Shown here: positions 17,000 to 19,147 of the stretch, piece after piece
Numbering within the stretch: the stretch's first letter is position 1
How the letters are laid out: each line of letters starts with the position of its first letter
NCBI GenBank assembly: GCA_044356455.1
Contig: JBIKWF010000087.1
Span: 1 to 19,147, forward strand
DNA length: 19,147 bases
Source: Bdellovibrionota bacterium
GTDB lineage: Bacteria > Bdellovibrionota_C > UBA2361 > JBGSMV01
Direction of reading: 5' to 3'
The notes under the pieces: generated by a model
What the model was told of the DNA's origin: nothing
Seen by the model: only the letters and a program-made list of their open reading frames with translations
The model's database searches: none
Translations under genes and position numbers: made by a program

Positions 17000-17920
17000 A
17001 TGCCTGAACTCCCAGAAGTAGAATCTACCGTACGTTTTCTTCGCGAGCGTGTAATCGGGGAGGTTTTGTCTTCGATTCATGTCCACTGGGCTCGCTCTCT
17101 ATCTCCACTTTCGCTTGCCGGGTATGCAAACCTGCTAAGGGGCAGTGCCATCGAGAGGGTCGAGAGACGGGGTAAGTATATTGTGATGGAGGTCGCTTCC
17201 GGCAGCAGCAGGCGCGGATCTCGCTTTTATGTTCTGGTTCATCTTCGCATGAGCGGCAATCTCGATGTGGTCCCTCACGGAGTGCCGCTCCATAGCCATG
17301 ACCGCGTGGTATTTGGCTTTGAGAGCGGCCGAGAACTGCGCTTCAACGATACGCGTAAGTTTGGGCGTGTGTATGTAGTGAGCGACCCACAAAAGGTCGT
17401 TGGGGCACTTGGCGTAGAGCCTCTAAGCTCAGAGTTCACTCCACGGTCGCTGGGAGTGATACTCGAGAAGAAGAAGCGAGCGCTTAAGCCTCTGCTTCTT
17501 GACCAAACGCTGATAGCCGGGATTGGTAATATCTATGCAGATGAGGCGCTTTGGAGAGCAGGTCTGCACCCCCTGACCGTAGGTTACAAGGTAGAGCCTA
17601 GTAAGTGCGAGCTGCTGCATCGGGTTATTCAAGAGATTCTACATGAGGCTATCGACTCTCAGGGGACTGATTTTGGTGACGGGGTCGTCGAGATGGGAAA
17701 CTACGCGCCTGCCGTGTATGGGCGCGGAGACGAACCCTGTAAGCGCTGTGGGACTCGGATCGTTCGAATGGTGGTGGGGCAGCGCGGGACTCACTTCTGT
17801 CCCAGGTGCCAGCCGCAGCCACGGGGAACAAAGCAAAAGCTGCGCAGGTCGAATCCCGGATCGCCTCAGACGGTAGCTAGGCTAGTCTCGGCGAGTAGCC
17901 GCCGAAAAAAGAGGAGATGA
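17000..17920 (+). CDS. mutM: Formamidopyrimidine-DNA glycosylase (Fpg)
   Basis: N-terminal PELPEVE, RRGKY, HLRMSG, DTRKFG, H2TH motif LLDQTLIAGIGNIYADE, and zinc finger CKRC...RGTHFCPRCQ. AAGGAG RBS. Confidence 0.97.
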   Translation: MPELPEVESTVRFLRERVIGEVLSSIHVHWARSLSPLSLAGYANLLRGSAIERVERRGKYIVMEVASGSSRRGSRFYVLVHLRMSGNLDVVPHGVPLHSHDRVVFGFESGRELRFNDTRKFGRVYVVSDPQKVVGALGVEPLSSEFTPRSLGVILEKKKRALKPLLLDQTLIAGIGNIYADEALWRAGLHPLTVGYKVEPSKCELLHRVIQEILHEAIDSQGTDFGDGVVEMGNYAPAVYGRGDEPCKRCGTRIVRMVVGQRGTHFCPRCQPQPRGTKQKLRRSNPGSPQTVARLVSASSRRKKRR

Positions 17921-18092
17921 GTTGGAAGAAGGCCTCAGCGAATCGGGCAAGAAAAGTTATAATATGGTCAAGGACGGGGACGGGGGCCGTGTATCCGAAA
18001 TAAAGGGAAATGACTCGCAAGACAGTGAGAAGCGCAAAGAATTTCAGCGCGAACCAAAGATGTGACCCGAAATCTTCGTCTAAGTAACCCAT
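17877..18092 (-). CDS. Small hypothetical membrane protein
   Basis: 71 aa from ATG 18092 (CAGGA upstream), with one TM-like and one amphipathic/hydrophobic segment. 3' end overlaps mutM by 44 bp. Confidence 0.6.
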   Translation of the reverse strand: MGYLDEDFGSHLWFALKFFALLTVLRVISLYFGYTAPVPVLDHIITFLARFAEAFFQLISSFFGGYSPRLA

Positions 18093-18359
18093 GAGAATTT
18101 CCTGAACGCTTCCTTTGCTGCAGCGTCTAGAGCCCACAGCGACCGTGTCTTCCGATGGAATAAGTTTACCCCAGACTGCGCCTTCGCGCTCTAGCCGTCT
18201 TGTCTCATAGAGCCCCTCAGGCTGTGAGGCTGGCCTGCTCTTCGGGACTTACTCCTTAAGTTCTCGAGAATGGAGTCTGCCCTTATGTGGTTAAAGGCAC
18301 GAGTCACAGTGGAATCGTCGAAGCTAACCACCTAAAATCACAGAGGTAATCTTCGTCCT

Positions 18360-18386
18360 TAAGCTTTCCTCTCAGCCGACCGACAA
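18360..18386 (+). promoter_or_regulatory. Putative sigma-28 (FliA) promoter
   Basis: TAAGCTTT-N11-ACCGACAA versus consensus TAAAGTTT-N11-GCCGATAA. Correct spacing, 57 bp upstream of ATG 18444. Confidence 0.55.
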
Positions 18387-18443
18387 GAGATGCTAGGGGA
18401 AGGTGTTCCCCTTGGATCATAATTGTGTGTGTGGAGTAGGGTC

Positions 18444-18806
18444 ATGACCCTTAAGGTAGTGCAGGGATTGGTTGGTTCGCTTTCAAGCGCTCCAGTTTCT
18501 GCCGGAAAAGCGACGCCTCGCGAGACTGCCGAGTCTCTCGCGCAGACCTTTAAGGGGGTTGTCGCGGCTGCTTCTGCCGTTACGGCTGCAAGTGAGGCAG
18601 TAGTCACTACAATTCGTGGATCCACTCGCACTGCCCAATCGACGGAACTCCGATCGCCTGATGAAGCAGAGAAACTCGCGCGCAAGGTCGCGAAGAGTAT
18701 TCAGGGGAGCGAGGCGTCAACTTCAAAGGGTGAGGCGCTAGAAGCTCATTCTGGTCTTGATGTGGTAAGTCGCTCCGGAAAGGGCAGCGGCGACCTTCTC
18801 CTCTAG
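18444..18806 (+). CDS. Hypothetical Ala/Ser-rich protein, possibly in the flagellar regulon
   Basis: ATG 18444 with GGAG RBS; 120 aa. Low-complexity N-half and helical C-terminus LRSPDEAEKLARKVAKSI...ALEAHSGLD. Confidence 0.7.
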   Translation: MTLKVVQGLVGSLSSAPVSAGKATPRETAESLAQTFKGVVAAASAVTAASEAVVTTIRGSTRTAQSTELRSPDEAEKLARKVAKSIQGSEASTSKGEALEAHSGLDVVSRSGKGSGDLLL

Positions 18807-18863
18807 TGTCAGTAATCTCATCAGCGCGAGAACTTTGCTTTGTAGCTGTTTCAACTCTGTTAG

Positions 18864-18983
18864 GGAGCCTCTGAAAATCCCGGATATTTTATTTTTTCTC
18901 TCTGTGTCCTCTGTGGTCTTTCAACAATTTCAATCAACCACAGAGGACACAGAGTTCACAGAGTGGACTTTTTCAGAGGTTCC
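18864..18983. mobile_element. IS5-like MITE, copy 2
   Basis: 14-bp TIRs GGAGCCTCTGAAAA / TTTTCAGAGGTTCC (1 mismatch), flanked by direct TTAG (18860-18863, 18984-18987). Internal CTCTGTGTCCTCTGTGGT / ACCACAGAGGACACAGAG stem. Confidence 0.82.
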
Positions 18984-18993
18984 TTAGGTTGTT

Positions 18994-19067
18994 CCTCCGC
19001 GTACTCAGCGTCCTTCGCGTTATGCAAGACTTTTCAAGTAACGCGAAGGACGCTGAGTACGCGGAGG
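18994..19067. repeat. Perfect 29-bp inverted repeat (REP-like hairpin)
   Basis: CCTCCGCGTACTCAGCGTCCTTCGCGTTA, a 16-nt loop, then the exact reverse complement. Followed by TTTTCAGATACTCC-TTAG (degenerate MITE right end). Confidence 0.85.
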
Positions 19068-19147
19068 GGGGAGATTTTCAGATACTCCTTAGCTTGCCGT
19101 GACCGCGAAAAAAGAAAAAAGGCTCGGAACATCAAGCGATGCTCCGA

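Noticed and set aside
6375..17876. Numerous antisense and alternate-frame ORFs overlapping HAD, aas, pspA, ABC and mutM genes
   Set aside because: Shadow ORFs of well-supported genes with no independent motifs.

Overview
Bacterial chromosomal window (roughly balanced GC) with two halves. Positions ~1-6230 form an accessory-looking tract bracketed by a diverged 56-bp direct repeat that includes the 3' end of a HAD hydrolase gene. It holds orphan ORFs (one membrane-anchored protein with an embedded flagellin N-terminal motif, one Cys-rich secreted protein), an AAA_14/DUF4143-type ATPase, and several copies of small inverted-repeat-bounded REP/MITE-like elements. Positions ~6200-19147 are mostly recognisable: HAD hydrolase, HPr, a fused LplT-Aas lysophospholipid repair enzyme, an ABC-2 transporter operon, mutM, a small membrane protein, and a small gene behind a sigma-28-like promoter. 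The aas fusion lies downstream of a PspA/IM30 gene and a polytopic membrane protein gene, with a divergent putative winged-helix regulator whose start codon abuts a 17-bp palindrome. Two copies of an IS5-like MITE carry 9-mer-periodic hairpins. The best candidate for an undescribed system is the regulator / PspA / membrane protein / LplT-Aas membrane-repair module. All assignments come from motif reading only; no database searches were run.
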